Assembly: GCA_051313645.2 (NCBI GenBank)
Contig: JBNRSN020000002.1
Location: 123,442,001-123,506,000, forward strand
From: Centroscyllium fabricii
Taxonomy: Eukaryota
Reading direction: 5' to 3'
DNA length: 64,000 bases
Shown: in pieces, positions 63,238-64,000 of the stretch
How the letters are laid out: the number at the start of each line of letters is the position of its first letter
Numbering within the stretch: the stretch's first letter is position 1
The notes under the pieces: model-generated
Told to the model about the DNA's origin: nothing
Database searches by the model: none
What the model saw: the letters and a program-made list of their open reading frames with translations, nothing else
Program-made: the position numbers and the translations under genes

Positions 63238-64000
63238 GTAAGCAATAATCACCGCTGTCAGTTCTCAGTGACTCTCAACATTGTTTCATTCTTATCGTCA
63301 TATCTCAGAACTTCCTGCAAATATCTCCATTGCTTTAACTTCTATAGCAGGCACAACTGCAACTCTGACACTGTCAGCTGCAGTCACATTCACAATAGCA
63401 TTTAAATATATTTTTGTTTGAACAGCCTTGACACAGCATTATTTCCAGACAGAGAGTCAGCAGGTTTCGGCTGCTTAAGCAGCAGAGCCATTAGACGACT
63501 GAAACCACAGTGATTGTTTCACTGGATTATCAAAGAGGTCTATGACATCACAATGGTTACTCTAAACCACAGAGATTGAGTGACAGCTGTTGCCTGTTTC
63601 AATGGATAATCGAAGAGGTCTATGACATCACAATGGCTACTCTAAACCACGAGATTGAGTGACAGATGCTGTCTGTTTCACTGGCTGCCTGCTCCAGCAG
63701 AGCCATTTCATTGAGAACTTAGGTGCTATCTGTCAAAACAGCCACAAGTTGGGTTTGTGACAGCTTTTCGCCTACTGAACTTGTGCACCCTGGGGATAGA
63801 TTTAGTGCCGCTGCTGGCCCGAGTCCAGGGACGTCTTCTACTGCAGCGGCTTCAAGGATAGTTAGGAAGTAACTAGTGTCCCCGCCATGTTTCATTGGCA
63901 GGGTTTCCAGCTGGTGCGATTTGCGTGGGGAAAGGCTTAACAATATGGGGGGCTCTTAAAATGGCATTATACATGCCAATTAAGGGTCCCTAATGAGCCT

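Larger units (their letters stand above)
1624..64000 (+). repeat. Tandem array of exon-intron cassettes (A-B-C triplet ~1.5-2.2 kb; two-triplet unit ~3.5-3.7 kb)
   Basis: Exons and introns recur with high identity, e.g. homologous ORFs at 3644/7148/10650 (spacing 3504, 3502). Confidence 0.97.

Overview
This is vertebrate genomic DNA, probably from a cartilaginous fish (inferred from the style of the CR1 LINE 3' end). Almost the whole window (1.6-64 kb) is the inside of one very large + strand gene, whose 5' and 3' ends lie outside the window. I can read 83 short exon copies with AG/GT boundaries (one copy has lost its donor GT). They are arranged as a repeating triplet: A (183 nt), B (126/129/132 nt), C (123 nt). 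All are phase 1-1 and a multiple of 3 in length. Together they encode about 4,000 aa of Ser/Thr/Pro-rich, Cys-free mucin-like sequence. The array is hierarchical: a triplet (~1.5-2.2 kb), a two-triplet unit (~3.5-3.7 kb), and a ~12.66-kb higher-order repeat that carries a nested, deleted Gypsy/Gypsy composite three times. The introns contain decayed 'ghost' exons, an 80-bp minisatellite, one CR1 fragment and one solo LTR with a target-site duplication (TSD). The window starts inside a young antisense Gypsy element. Most ORFs in the supplied track are exon read-throughs or antisense shadows. Splicing and gene identity are inferred, not shown.
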